Assembly (NCBI GenBank): GCA_963681965.1
Contig: OY820579.1
Coordinates: 288,001 to 352,000 of the forward strand
DNA length: 64,000 nucleotides
Direction: 5' to 3'
From: a bacterium
GTDB taxonomy: Bacteria > Electryoneota > JAOADG01
Made by a program: the position numbers and the translations under genes. Each line of letters begins with the position of its first letter. Position 1 is the stretch's first letter. Under the pieces are notes generated by a model that made no database searches, was not told the DNA's origin, and worked only from the letters and a program-made list of their open reading frames with translations. This document shows, piece by piece, positions 1 through 10,500 of the stretch.

Positions 1-35
1 AGTTTAAATTGCTTATTATGACTGTGCGCGCGCTA

Positions 36-47
36 TGTCAAAGATCC
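36..47 (-). promoter_or_regulatory. boxA-like antitermination element of a probable rRNA operon leader
   Basis: Minus strand reads GGATCTTTGACA, similar to rrn boxA. It lies downstream of two consensus promoters in a non-coding, hairpin-rich leader. The 16S gene itself would lie beyond the window's left edge. Confidence 0.65.
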
Positions 48-162
48 TGTTACCCACGTTCGGGGTGAGGTTCGGTCGGGCTCAGCGAGATGCGATCCAG
101 ATGCATTCGATGACAAACCCCCGCAAGCGGGGGCGTTGGTACCGCCGAACTTAAAGCCTTTT

Positions 163-191
163 AATATACGCTAGAAACCGACGTTTGTCAA
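163..191 (-). promoter_or_regulatory. sigma70 promoter (P2-like)
   Basis: TTGACA (191-186), 17-bp spacer, TATATT (168-163). Confidence 0.8.
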
Positions 192-337
192 GCACCGCCT
201 CACTGAGCGGGCTAACTTATTGTTTTTTCGTTTTAAACAACTTGCCTTATGGCTTCCGTCGTACCTAGCGAAACTTACAAAGAAAGAACTCGATTATCAA
301 CGATCTCAAAAACAAAGTTGATTATTTTCGTGCCGAG

Positions 338-366
338 AGTATAGTAGATTCCTCAACCGTTGTCAA
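338..366 (-). promoter_or_regulatory. sigma70 promoter (P1-like)
   Basis: TTGACA (366-361), 17-bp spacer, TATACT (343-338), with an AT-rich tract further upstream. Confidence 0.8.
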
Positions 367-571
367 GTCACTCTCAGCGGCATTGCCTCCAAATAATGAT
401 AATATATTGTTATACAATAAGATATATTTCTGAGAGCCTGAGACTAAATCACTCTAAAACAATAGTAGGATCACTCGGAGGAGGAGTTTTGTGCGGCTCT
501 CGATCATACCGCAGCCAAATAAGTGGTGGGATTGAGATCTTCTTGAGATTGTTTCAATCATTTATTGAGAT

Positions 572-1660
572 TCACGATGTCAGAAATCCCTTTAGCGAGC
601 GCATCAATCCACTGTCGTATTCGGTAAGTGTTAATTGATCGATCGTGCCGTTGCGATACTTAAGCTGAGCCAGCGACGATCCCTGCAACGATTTCCACAA
701 TTCACCGGAAAATGCTCCGGCATCGATGACGCGATACGGACGGCTGTAAAATGGTTTCACCTTCTCGGGTAGCAGTTCGGTCAGCTCCAGTGCGTTATGG
801 ATTCGCGCCAGCGATTCGTATGCTTTGACCAGCCATAATTCACGCTCGAAGTCGTGATCGACGTGTAGCGCATCGGATAAATATTCTTCAAATTCTTCGC
901 TGCAAGGCAGCTTTCGAAACGCCACTCCCAACCACTTGACATAAGGGTAGTAAGTACGTTCGTAGAGAAAGCAGAGATTCATCAAGTGATGGACAATGCG
1001 CCCGCCAATCAGTTGCGCGCCGATGGTATCATTCAACTCGTGACTGCGTCCGACCAGCGGTTCGAGTTCGGCAAGCTTCGACCATTCCACGGCAAGTTGA
1101 TAGCGCCAGACCTCGTCGGGAAAATAGGTGAAGCGATCGCACTGCAATTGCAGTTGTTTCAGACCATCGTGAAAGATTTCGCCGCGGGTGATTTCCAACA
1201 GTCGTTGTTGCGGGAATAGCAGCCAGTCTTCGTTTTTCAATTCCCAATTCAGATCGACGCCGAGTTCATCGAAGAAAAATTTCTTGATCGTGGTGACAAC
1301 AATTTTATGTCGAATCGGCGGCGCTTTGATCGGCACCATCGACTGCGTGCCGTCGGTTCCTTTGGCGGAGAAATTGGTCGGAAAGCCGAGGAACGAAACC
1401 GGCAATCGCGTCGAGAAAAATTGGAAGAGAAGATGTTCAAAATTGTCGTATTCATCTTCGCGCAAAAAGAGTAATAGACGCGGTCCCCACTCGTGATCCA
1501 TCGAGCGCGCAGTGTCGTAGCCGAGTACATCGGAACCGGGACCGATCAATGCGGCGGAGTAGCGCAGTTGCGGCCAATAGGTCGCGATCAGTGGTTTGAC
1601 CACTTCGCCAAAGAGGCGACGCGATAATTCGAGACCGGGGATAAAAGAAACTTCGTTCAT
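572..1660 (-). CDS. DUF4037 domain nucleotidyltransferase-like protein
   Basis: GPGSDVLGYDTARSMDHEWGPR and PYVKWLG motifs typical of DUF4037 proteins. Confidence 0.75.
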   Translation of the reverse strand: MNEVSFIPGLELSRRLFGEVVKPLIATYWPQLRYSAALIGPGSDVLGYDTARSMDHEWGPRLLLFLREDEYDNFEHLLFQFFSTRLPVSFLGFPTNFSAKGTDGTQSMVPIKAPPIRHKIVVTTIKKFFFDELGVDLNWELKNEDWLLFPQQRLLEITRGEIFHDGLKQLQLQCDRFTYFPDEVWRYQLAVEWSKLAELEPLVGRSHELNDTIGAQLIGGRIVHHLMNLCFLYERTYYPYVKWLGVAFRKLPCSEEFEEYLSDALHVDHDFERELWLVKAYESLARIHNALELTELLPEKVKPFYSRPYRVIDAGAFSGELWKSLQGSSLAQLKYRNGTIDQLTLTEYDSGLMRSLKGFLTS

Positions 1661-1794
1661 TTTACAATCTCATTTATGTAGAGGCAATTCGCGAATCGAT
1701 CGAACCAAATCACTTACAGAAAAAAAAATCGCAGGCTCGGAGGCCTGCGCCACCATCAGAAAAAAGAGGAGTTTGACTTCGTCGAGCGCTACGC

Positions 1795-1849
1795 GGTTGC
1801 TTCGTCTCTGCGGGTGCACAAGGTTGCACCCTTCGTTCCTCGCAACGAC
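1795..1849 (+). repeat. Dispersed palindromic element, family B (ATTGC...TCGCAAYGAC)
   Basis: GGTTGCTTCGTC-hairpin-CTTCGTTCCTCGCAACGAC followed by an AAATCAAGAC tail; related copies at 4153, 24572, 56184, 58624 and 59619. Confidence 0.7.
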
Positions 1850-2020
1850 AAATCAAGACAAAGAATTCAAGATAGAGCGAACACGGAGGAACGCCCATAC
1901 CGATCATTCGACAATTTGCCCAATTTCGTAACACACTCAATGTAATTACCGGACAATATCGAAACACTGTTTCAAAACGGGATTCCGATAATTTTGTAAT
2001 TACGCGAAATCTTTCGCAAA

Positions 2021-3958
2021 TTGTGGTGTTCATTCATTCGCTGCTTCGAAATCGGTTTCGAAATCAGCATTTTGTTCTTAACAAATGCCTGTTTCACAGG
2101 CGCGACTTTGATGAGGATTACCCGTATGTCAACCCGAGAAATCATGCCTTCCGCGCTGCGGGAACAACTCCGGTTCCGGTTGCAGGATCTGTTGATCCGC
2201 GACGATGCCGACTACGAATCGCAAATGACGGCACTCGCCGAAATCACCGACGAACTATGCACCTACGCCGGGAAATTAAAAACCAGTCCCGAAAACGTAC
2301 ATGCCTTCTTCAAATTGCTCGATCAGTTCGAAGACAAATCCGCCGCAGTGATCATGTACAGCTATCTGGCACAGGCGATCGACACCCGCAAGGCGGGATT
2401 GGTCAGTACGCTGTATGCGCGCTTATCGCAATTCTCCGCACGGCTGGTGTTTGGACCGCTTGAGATCAAGGAAATCGATGAAGCGACTTGGGCAGCTTGG
2501 ACGACAAAGCTTCCGGCACTCGCAGAGTGGAATGAGGCGCATCGCCAGCTCCGAAAAGACATTCCCTTCACACTGAGTAAGACCGAAGAAGAGCTGCTGG
2601 CGAAGCTCGACACGCCGCTGACCGGCTGGCAAAACGATTTCTACGAGACGTTACTCGGTCATACCGAATTTGAAGAATTCGAAGTTGATGGCAAGACCCT
2701 CAATGCAATGCGCGACTCGTCGGCGTTGCTTCGGGTGAAAGATCGCGACCTTCGCGAAAAGGCGTGGCAAGCATTTTATAAAGGGTACAACGATCAGCGC
2801 GACATGTATGCGTTCTCGCTCAGCCGTCTGATTTCCACAATCAATACTAAGGCGCGCATTCGTCATTTCGACGATGCTCTGCACAGCCAAGCGCACAATA
2901 TGGATCTGACCCGCGAACAGGTCGAAGGGTTGTTTACCAGTGTCGAAGCGTTGCAACCGCTGCTACGCCGCTATCAGCAAGCCGACTGCAAGCGCCGTTC
3001 GAAGCTGCTGGGGATCGCGGAAATCGAACCGTGGGATATGGAGCAGGAAGATTCCGAATTCGAATTGCCGACGTTCCATGCGACCGATGCATTCACCCAG
3101 ATCAAGGATGCACTCGCAATTCTCGGCGACGACGTCAGTCGCGAACTGAAGCTGTTACTCGATCCGACCGAAGGTCGAGTCGATATGTACGGCGGTCCGA
3201 ACCGCACACCGGGTGCGTTCTCGATTAACGTGGGACGCCGCCCCGGATTCTTTTACCTCGATCAATACCACGGCACCTTGAATCAGGTTCGAACCATCGC
3301 GCACGAAGCGGGACACACCGTGCATTTCTCGCTGATGAAAAAGCAGGATCTTCCGCTGTACACGATGAATGGTCCGTCGTACGTAACCGAAACGGCGGCA
3401 ATGACGTTCGAAGAGATTCTGCAGAACTACGTGATTGCGCATTGCGACGACGCGAAAGTCAAAGAGTATTTCGAATTCGAACAACTGCGCGGTACCGTGA
3501 AAGCGATTCGCATCGGTTATCAGGCGATGTTCGAGAACAAGTTGTATGCCGAGATTCGCGATCGCGACGATGCCGGTAAAGCACCGATGAATGCCGACGA
3601 ATTCGACGAAGCCGCCGCTCCGATTGCCGACGCCGTAACATTGTTCTACGGCAAATACCCGAAGCAGTACCAGACCCTCTGGCAGTATATTCCCCACCTT
3701 CACGGTGTACCGCAGTATCTGGTGAATTATCTGGTGTCGTCGTTATTGACGCTGGAATTAGTCGGCAGACTCGATGCGGAACCGGCATTCGCCAAGTCGA
3801 TTACGAAGCTGTTCTCGCAACCGTTCGACCGTCCGACCGCGGCGATGCTCAAGGATTGCGTCGATATCGATTTCTCCGGCACCGGCTGGTACAGCCATGC
3901 GGTGAAGCGAGTCGAGGAACGCGTGTTGGCATTCGAAAAGAAAGTCGCTACGATGTAA
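2021..3958 (+). CDS. pepF: Oligoendopeptidase F (M3B family); true start probably ~2111
   Basis: HEAGH zinc motif, downstream ETAA glutamate, DRDLREKAW and PWD motifs. Confidence 0.8.
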   Translation: MWCSFIRCFEIGFEISILFLTNACFTGATLMRITRMSTREIMPSALREQLRFRLQDLLIRDDADYESQMTALAEITDELCTYAGKLKTSPENVHAFFKLLDQFEDKSAAVIMYSYLAQAIDTRKAGLVSTLYARLSQFSARLVFGPLEIKEIDEATWAAWTTKLPALAEWNEAHRQLRKDIPFTLSKTEEELLAKLDTPLTGWQNDFYETLLGHTEFEEFEVDGKTLNAMRDSSALLRVKDRDLREKAWQAFYKGYNDQRDMYAFSLSRLISTINTKARIRHFDDALHSQAHNMDLTREQVEGLFTSVEALQPLLRRYQQADCKRRSKLLGIAEIEPWDMEQEDSEFELPTFHATDAFTQIKDALAILGDDVSRELKLLLDPTEGRVDMYGGPNRTPGAFSINVGRRPGFFYLDQYHGTLNQVRTIAHEAGHTVHFSLMKKQDLPLYTMNGPSYVTETAAMTFEEILQNYVIAHCDDAKVKEYFEFEQLRGTVKAIRIGYQAMFENKLYAEIRDRDDAGKAPMNADEFDEAAAPIADAVTLFYGKYPKQYQTLWQYIPHLHGVPQYLVNYLVSSLLTLELVGRLDAEPAFAKSITKLFSQPFDRPTAAMLKDCVDIDFSGTGWYSHAVKRVEERVLAFEKKVATM

Positions 3959-3977
3959 TCATCTCGTATTCAAATAT

Positions 3978-4012
3978 AAAAAAAACCGGAACGATATACG
4001 TTCCGGTTTTTT
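3978..4012. terminator. Bidirectional intrinsic terminator
   Basis: A8-CCGGAACG-ATATA-CGTTCCGG-T6 between convergent genes. Confidence 0.85.
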
Positions 4013-4152
4013 AATGTAGAGGCGATTCGCATTCGCACCACCAGTGTTGAACTACATTGGGAGGTACCCTTTAGGGTCGCCTTTTCAAAATTGACAACTG
4101 AGGTGGCGTGAAAGAAAACCCAACTCTGAGTTGAAAAAGAATCGAAAAGAGT

Positions 4153-4193
4153 GGATTGCCACGTCAGATACTTCGCATCTTCCTCGCAGCGAC
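4153..4193 (+). repeat. Family B palindromic element
   Basis: GGATTGCCACGTC...TTCCTCGCAGCGAC followed by an AAATCAAAAC tail. Confidence 0.65.
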
Positions 4194-4280
4194 AAATCAA
4201 AACACAAGATTCAGGAGCTTGCCTCTATATACGCAAAGACCTAAACTGCTAACAAAGGAACCGTGAAATTCGCTTCTAGA

Positions 4281-4595
4281 TTATGTACTTTTATCTTTTC
4301 GATAAATTTCCTTGCCATACCGATCGATATGTTCGAGCAGTTTCGGATTAGTGATTTTGTCGTAAAGCAGGATGTCGACCTCTTGCGGAATCGAGAGGTT
4401 CGACATCTCAGCTATGACCTTGACCAATATGTCAACGGTTAAATCACTCCCGAACAAAGCGATATCGACATCCGAAGTATTGGTAAATGTCCCTATCGCA
4501 CGAGAACCGAACAGCACCGCTCGCTCAACCTGCGAAACAGCGGCGAGGATTGCGAGAATCGCGGCTCGATGCCTGTCTTTGAGACCATCATCCAT
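4281..4595 (-). CDS. Minimal nucleotidyltransferase (MNT/MntA-like antitoxin)
   Basis: LFGSRA-x-G...SDVDIA motif (GSx10DxD); 104 aa. Confidence 0.85.
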   Translation of the reverse strand: MDDGLKDRHRAAILAILAAVSQVERAVLFGSRAIGTFTNTSDVDIALFGSDLTVDILVKVIAEMSNLSIPQEVDILLYDKITNPKLLEHIDRYGKEIYRKDKST

Positions 4596-5004
4596 TTTGG
4601 CGTTTTTGTTCCAAGCGGTGGTACAACCGTCGCAGTGCCGGAGTGTACTGCTTGCCGATCAACTCAACGGCTTCTTTGGCTAAATCGGCACGATAAGTAT
4701 GACTTAGCAGATTGCGTTTGTCCAGACTATCGAGCAACGTTTCGGCATCTTCTTCGCTAAGATATTCCGTCTCAAACCCTTTGCGGATTACCTCACGCGG
4801 GCTTTTTACATCATACCCTTCATAGAAGAGCAAGTCCTTCAGAGTTTTCCAGGCAAGCTCGAAAGTAAATGCAAACATCTGTACTAAACCAGCGCGCTCG
4901 AGATCGGAATAAACTTCTTTCTCGCAGGCTGCATCGAGCTGTGAGAATGCTTTTCCAAAGTTCTCGAAGCGTTGTTGCCAGCGGTTTTCGTCACTGTTCG
5001 CCAT
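4588..5004 (-). CDS. HI0074-family HEPN protein (nucleotidyltransferase substrate-binding / HepT-like)
   Basis: RWQQRFENF, FELAWKTLKD and RNLLSHTY (R-X4-H) motifs; overlaps the MNT gene. Confidence 0.85.
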   Translation of the reverse strand: MANSDENRWQQRFENFGKAFSQLDAACEKEVYSDLERAGLVQMFAFTFELAWKTLKDLLFYEGYDVKSPREVIRKGFETEYLSEEDAETLLDSLDKRNLLSHTYRADLAKEAVELIGKQYTPALRRLYHRLEQKRQNG

Positions 5005-5016
5005 AGTTGATTCGCC

Positions 5017-6411
5017 TTACAACTTCACCGGCTCACCCGGTGCATTGACGTGTACATCGAGCGTGTTTCGGAGTTTCAATAGCTCAGTTTTGAAGATCTC
5101 CTGCTGACTCGCTTCGCCGTGGACCAGCATCACCTTGCGAAGATTGCCATCCATCTTATCGACATACGCCAGCAATTCATCCTGCCCGGCATGCCCGGAA
5201 TAGTTGTTCAGGATCTTCACCCGGGCATTTCGTTGCAGCACCTCACCAAATAGCGAGATCGTGGGTTCCCGGTCGGCTAGCTTGCGTCCAAGCGTATTGG
5301 CAGCCATATATCCGACAATCAGTATCGTCGTGTTGGGACTCTGGATCCGATTGCGGATATGATGAACGATGCGACCTCCTTCACACATTCCCGATCCAGC
5401 GAGGATCACGATCGGACCGCGGAGACTGTTCAGCGCCATCGAGTCTTCCATCCGGCGGGTGTAGGTGATGTCGTGTTCATCGAACGGATCGCCCTTCATC
5501 AGGAGCTTGCGAAATTCGTCATCGACCAGTTCCACATGTCGCTGAAAGACTTTGGTAACATTCATCGCCAGCGGTGAATCGACGAAGATCGGTAGTTTCG
5601 GAATTCGACCCGCAGCCCGCAATGCGGCAAACTCGAAGAGCATCTCCTGAGTTCGTTCCAGCGAAAATGCCGGGATCAGAAGTACCCCTTTGGTTTCGAT
5701 GAGACGGTCGATTTCCAGCGCTAGCTCTTCGCGACCATTTAGGATGGGATCGTGAAGGCGAGCGCCATAGGTTGTCTCCATGAGGAGATAATCCGGGGAT
5801 GGCGGTGTCGCAGGATCGTTCAGGATCGGGAGGTTATTCCGTCCAAGGTCTCCGGAAAAGACCAGTCGTTTTGGAAAATCAGTTGCACCCCATTCCAGAA
5901 CAATTTGTGCCGAACCTAAAATGTGCCCCGCTTCTATCAGTTTACAGCGTACACCCGGGACGGGTTCGAATACTTCGCCATACTCATGTACTTCGAAGCG
6001 CTCCATCACCGGTGCAATATCCTCCGGGGTATAGAGTGCGTTATGCTCCGGTTCACCGCGCCGACGGTGTTTCTTGTTGACAAATTCGATATCGCGGGCT
6101 TGCAGGTAAGCCGAATCGGATAGGATATAGTAAATCAACTCCATTGTCGCCGGGGTGCTATGGATCTTCCCGGTATACCCCTCGATGAGGAGGCGTGGTA
6201 AGGTTCCGCAATGGTCCAGATGGGCATGCGACATGACGACCGCATTCACTTTATCGGCAGGAAATCCGAAGTGACGGCTCTTATCGTAGCTTTCCCTGCG
6301 TTTTCCCTGAAACATTCCACAATCCAGAAGTACTTGTTTTCCTTCGTATTGGAAAATGTGCCGGGATCCAGTTACTTCCCCTGCAGCTCCGTAGGATGTG
6401 ATCGAGGGCAT
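5017..6411 (-). CDS. MBL-fold beta-CASP RNA-processing nuclease
   Basis: GAAGEVTGS, SHAHLDH, AGHILGSA, SGDLG, SGHAG and VHGE motifs. Confidence 0.9.
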   Translation of the reverse strand: MPSITSYGAAGEVTGSRHIFQYEGKQVLLDCGMFQGKRRESYDKSRHFGFPADKVNAVVMSHAHLDHCGTLPRLLIEGYTGKIHSTPATMELIYYILSDSAYLQARDIEFVNKKHRRRGEPEHNALYTPEDIAPVMERFEVHEYGEVFEPVPGVRCKLIEAGHILGSAQIVLEWGATDFPKRLVFSGDLGRNNLPILNDPATPPSPDYLLMETTYGARLHDPILNGREELALEIDRLIETKGVLLIPAFSLERTQEMLFEFAALRAAGRIPKLPIFVDSPLAMNVTKVFQRHVELVDDEFRKLLMKGDPFDEHDITYTRRMEDSMALNSLRGPIVILAGSGMCEGGRIVHHIRNRIQSPNTTILIVGYMAANTLGRKLADREPTISLFGEVLQRNARVKILNNYSGHAGQDELLAYVDKMDGNLRKVMLVHGEASQQEIFKTELLKLRNTLDVHVNAPGEPVKL

Positions 6412-6489
6412 AAGTTACCTCTTTCCGCTGAGTTGATCATGAATAATATGTAATTTCCGGAACATATCTTCGTAGTAAATGGAAACGAC

Positions 6490-6518
6490 TTGACTCGGGT
6501 TCCGGAATCGAATATTTT
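6490..6518 (+). promoter_or_regulatory. Candidate sigma70 promoter
   Basis: TTGACT-17bp-TATTTT about 30 bp upstream of the 6546 start. Confidence 0.45.
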
Positions 6519-6545
6519 ATTTCTAACTATGATACTGCGTGCGAC

Positions 6546-6944
6546 ATGATGAAAACACTATCTCTTCTTCTCGGCTGCGCTTTTGCGCTCACGGTGTTTG
6601 CCGGATCGATCTCCGATCTCACCGTAACGGCAAGTGAATCCCGGATAGTTGTACGCTGGCAATCCTCCGACGAGGGTGGTCTAAGTCGTTTCGTCTTGCA
6701 ACGAAGCGTCGACCGGAGCGACTTCTCGGATATCAGCACGATTACCCCACGGGGTACTCAAACAGCCTATCAGTTTATCGACACCGACTTATACAATGTC
6801 GATAAGACACCGCGCAATTTTAGCTATCGATTGAAATTCGTCAATCGCGATGGTACAACTAGCTATTCGATAACGCGCGATGTCACAATTCAAATTTCCT
6901 CGATCCGCCGAACTTGGGGCAGTATTAAAGCCATGTTCCGCTAA
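6546..6944 (+). CDS. Small secreted FN3/Ig-like protein with C-terminal TWGSIKAMFR motif
   Basis: Signal peptide, VRW...LQRS...YQFID...YRLK beta-sandwich pattern, own promoter and terminator. Confidence 0.75.
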   Translation: MMKTLSLLLGCAFALTVFAGSISDLTVTASESRIVVRWQSSDEGGLSRFVLQRSVDRSDFSDISTITPRGTQTAYQFIDTDLYNVDKTPRNFSYRLKFVNRDGTTSYSITRDVTIQISSIRRTWGSIKAMFR

Positions 6945-6962
6945 TTTTGACAGAACTTGATT

Positions 6963-6988
6963 AAAGGCGCCTCGGGCGCCTTTTTTTT
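6963..6988 (+). terminator. Intrinsic terminator
   Basis: AAAGGCGCC-TCG-GGCGCC followed by T8. Confidence 0.8.
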
Positions 6989-7583
6989 ATGCCGGAACGA
7001 TTGACTTCCAACCATCCAACACTAACTGTCGCAACTGCTCCAAATCGCCGTTATTCGTTAACACTCGTGAAGCGAGCGGGATTTTAACGGATTCTGCCCA
7101 CTGTGCTGCACGTCTGCGAGAAATCTGATCGTCCGTCAATCCTTTTTCCTGCAGTCGTTTTCGAACGATTTCGGGATCGGCAACCACTAACCAGACTTGC
7201 TGAAAATCGGTTTGTCGTCCATACTCAAAGATCAAAGCACCATCGAGGACAACTACCGGATGCGTCTCGGAAAATGCGCGCATCTTTGCCCGGGTTCGCG
7301 CTACCAGTCGCGGACTGACGATCGCATTGAAGTCCGATACGGCGATCGGGTCACCGAAGAGTCGACCGGCGAGCACGGCACGATCAAGTAATCCATCGGA
7401 TCGGAACAATCCTTCACCAAACCGGTCGGTAAGTGCCGCTCGATATTCGTAATCCTCAACCGCCATTTGGTGTGCTTCGAGATCGGCATCGACGATTGCG
7501 GCACCCAGTTCTACCAGCATCGCAGTAACCGTACTTTTTCCGGAACCGATATTTCCAGTAACACCAAGCCAGACAGCACTCAT
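6987..7583 (-). CDS. coaE: Dephospho-CoA kinase
   Basis: GVTGNIGSGKSTV P-loop, DAD and LDRAVLA motifs. Confidence 0.9.
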   Translation of the reverse strand: MSAVWLGVTGNIGSGKSTVTAMLVELGAAIVDADLEAHQMAVEDYEYRAALTDRFGEGLFRSDGLLDRAVLAGRLFGDPIAVSDFNAIVSPRLVARTRAKMRAFSETHPVVVLDGALIFEYGRQTDFQQVWLVVADPEIVRKRLQEKGLTDDQISRRRAAQWAESVKIPLASRVLTNNGDLEQLRQLVLDGWKSIVPA

Positions 7584-10500
7584 CTCAGGATTGCCACCTT
7601 TCCCTTTTGAATCGAGCCATTTTTTTCGGCAACGACAAAATAGATTCCAGATGCGACTTCCGCACCCTGCTCATTTGTTCCATCCCAAATCACACTTCCC
7701 GACGCCCCTTCGCTAATAAGTCGTTTCACCGAGAATCCGGAAGTGGAATAAATCATCACTTTTGCATCCTGCGGTAAGCCTGCAATAACGATACGTTCAT
7801 TTCGATCAAGACGTGCCGGATTGGGATAAATAAACAACGATTCCAGCGTCGTCGGTTGAGTCGAAATTGAGATACTATTGTAGTTACTGTTCAAGAATTG
7901 ACCGTTACGTGATCGAATTGTCGAAAGCGCCGTCACATCGTACAAAATGCCAATTCGTCCGATCGGTGTCGCTGCCGCTGGTATCAATCTGACGGTTACG
8001 GAATCGACTTGCTCTACGCGAGCAATAATCACATTCCACTTAGTCAGAGTATCGCGGGTCTGTTCGCGATTGGCAACAATCCGGAACGCAGCAGAGGTTA
8101 TCGTTGTATCGACATACGGGAGCGAAAAGGTAACGACAATACAACCATTTTGAATCATCGCAGAATTCATAAAGAATTGCTTGGGTGGCGCCGGGGGAAA
8201 GTAGAGTTGTACCGAATCGACACCTGCCAGCGGTGACATATCGCGATCGTAGATGTTTTCCAATTTAAGAGTATATGTACCAGTAGGAGGTTTCGGATCG
8301 AACCGAAGCAACAATTCGACACCTTCGCGACTGGAAATTACACTTACGGGATAAGTCGACGGTTTCAATCGGAAGCGGTTGGGGATCAATGCATCGTCAT
8401 GAATCGAGCGACTGAATACCAATCGAACGCGATCGGGATCGGAATAATTCGCCGAAATCAAGTGCGGCGGAATATGTGCTAATGCCGGTGCATCGCTGGA
8501 AAATACCCCAAGCGGTTGAGCAAACGTTGAACTATAAGCCGCGACCCGATACTTGAACGGTTCGGTCGATTCGTAGACGTTGGTATCGAGATAGGTTGTT
8601 CCGACCAACGATGGAATTGTGTCGACCGGATCGTCACCGTGCGTTTTAATCAACCAATACGATTGTGCATTGCTTACCGCATTCCACGAAACCGAGATGC
8701 GATTAGTATCGAGCGGTTGGGCAATTAATCCCGATGGCGTTAACGGTTGCGATGTGGTCGATCCGGTATATTCAAGAAAGCGAAATTGCGTGCCATCATT
8801 GTAGACCAGCTCGGGACGGTGGTTATTGTTGACATCGAACAGCGCGACCGTGTTCGATCGAGCATTCATCGCTTGATATACAATGCGCCAGTGGCGGGTC
8901 GAATCAACTTTCATGACGAGTAAGTACGGCGAAGCGCTGATAAATATTTCCTTCTTGCCATCGCCGTCAAGATCTCCCATCTCGACACCGGAGTTGAATC
9001 GACTGGGGTTTAACGCACCATCGATTGTCAGTGAATCCAATCGCGCCATGCGACTTGGTTCGGTGCCCGAAGACGACATCCAGCGGTAAAGGTAAAAGAC
9101 CCATTTTCGGAATGGAAAATCGCGCTCCGTTTGAACTTTGGTAGCGGTTTCGTATCCTCCTACGAATTCATCAGTACCATCGCCATCGACATCACCAACG
9201 GCAAAATAGTCGGTCGCATTTCCATCACCGAGCGAATCCCATTTGAATGTAATCCAATGCGTATCTTGTCGTCGAGTTAGCATGAGATCGCCATCGGCAT
9301 CGCCCCAGACTCCGACGCAACTGTTGCTGCCGAGAATCTTTCCAACTCGAAAGCGCGGACGTCCAACAATATTTATTCCCCTCGACGGATTTACGATAGT
9401 AGCCGTGGTTTCAGCCGAGAAAGTGTTATTGACACGTCGCCAGACTGACCAAACTTCGTAACGGCTTTGGGCATACTTTCGATCGTTACGGATGATAAAA
9501 TTCCCGGTCGCTTCATCGTTGGGATCGAAAACAAAGAGACCGGCACCATAGGCTCCATTGGCTTCAATGGGAACCAGCAACGAATCGGGTCGAGGATAAT
9601 CGTTCCGAGCCGCAACATGAATTCCCGTAGTACCACCGGCGAACAACATCAGTTCCGGAATCGAATCGCGATTCACATCGAGCGCATTTTGCGGAATCGC
9701 TGTACCATAATATCGTACCCGCACGAAAGTCGAGTCGTATAATTTCATCAACCACAAAGAATCGAAGGTATTCATCTCCGAATAGATATTCAGCAATACT
9801 TCAGGTCTGCCATCACCCCGCCAATTCATCTGCTGTGGCATTAGATAGCCATTAGGCAGGTGGATATTCGGCAATTCTACCAACGGCAACGATGGATTGG
9901 ATACTGGCAACGAAGGTATCGTAAACGGTGACGAAATCGATTGGATACCGCTATTGTTGATCGCAATGATACGCGCGACATCCCCGGCAACCAGATTATC
10001 GCTAGTCGTGAATGTCAAGGCATTTTTCGTATCGATGTACGGGAACGGTCGCGAAACCGTCACTCCGTTTCGAGTCCATTGAAATGTACACCGCGTTTGA
10101 TCGTCGGTAGCGACCTCGACTCGCCATCCCCACCTGCCATTTACCAATGCAGGAGTGATCATCTTGCGTTTGATGACCGGTGCGGTAGCGTCGTGTCGAA
10201 TTATCACCCGCGATTCGTAGGGGTTTCCATCGCCAACTTCAACCACCAGTCGAATAGTAATGATTGAATCGGAAGCAGCGATGCGTATCGTGTCGAGTAC
10301 TTCCTGTACTTTTTGCCGCACTGAGGCGACACGAACAGCCACCCACCGACTAGGATCGCTACCCACGCCGTAATACAACGACCATGATAACAATCTCGGT
10401 CCGGAAACAGTACCCACCACCGGACAGATTGTATCGGCAATCGAAGCGCCATCAAGTGGCGACAAGATTCTTACTTCCGCCTGTCGAGGGGTACGTAATG

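Noticed and set aside
360-638. 92-aa plus-strand ORF
   Set aside because: It overlaps the promoter and AT-rich upstream region and the end of the DUF4037 gene, and has no coding features.
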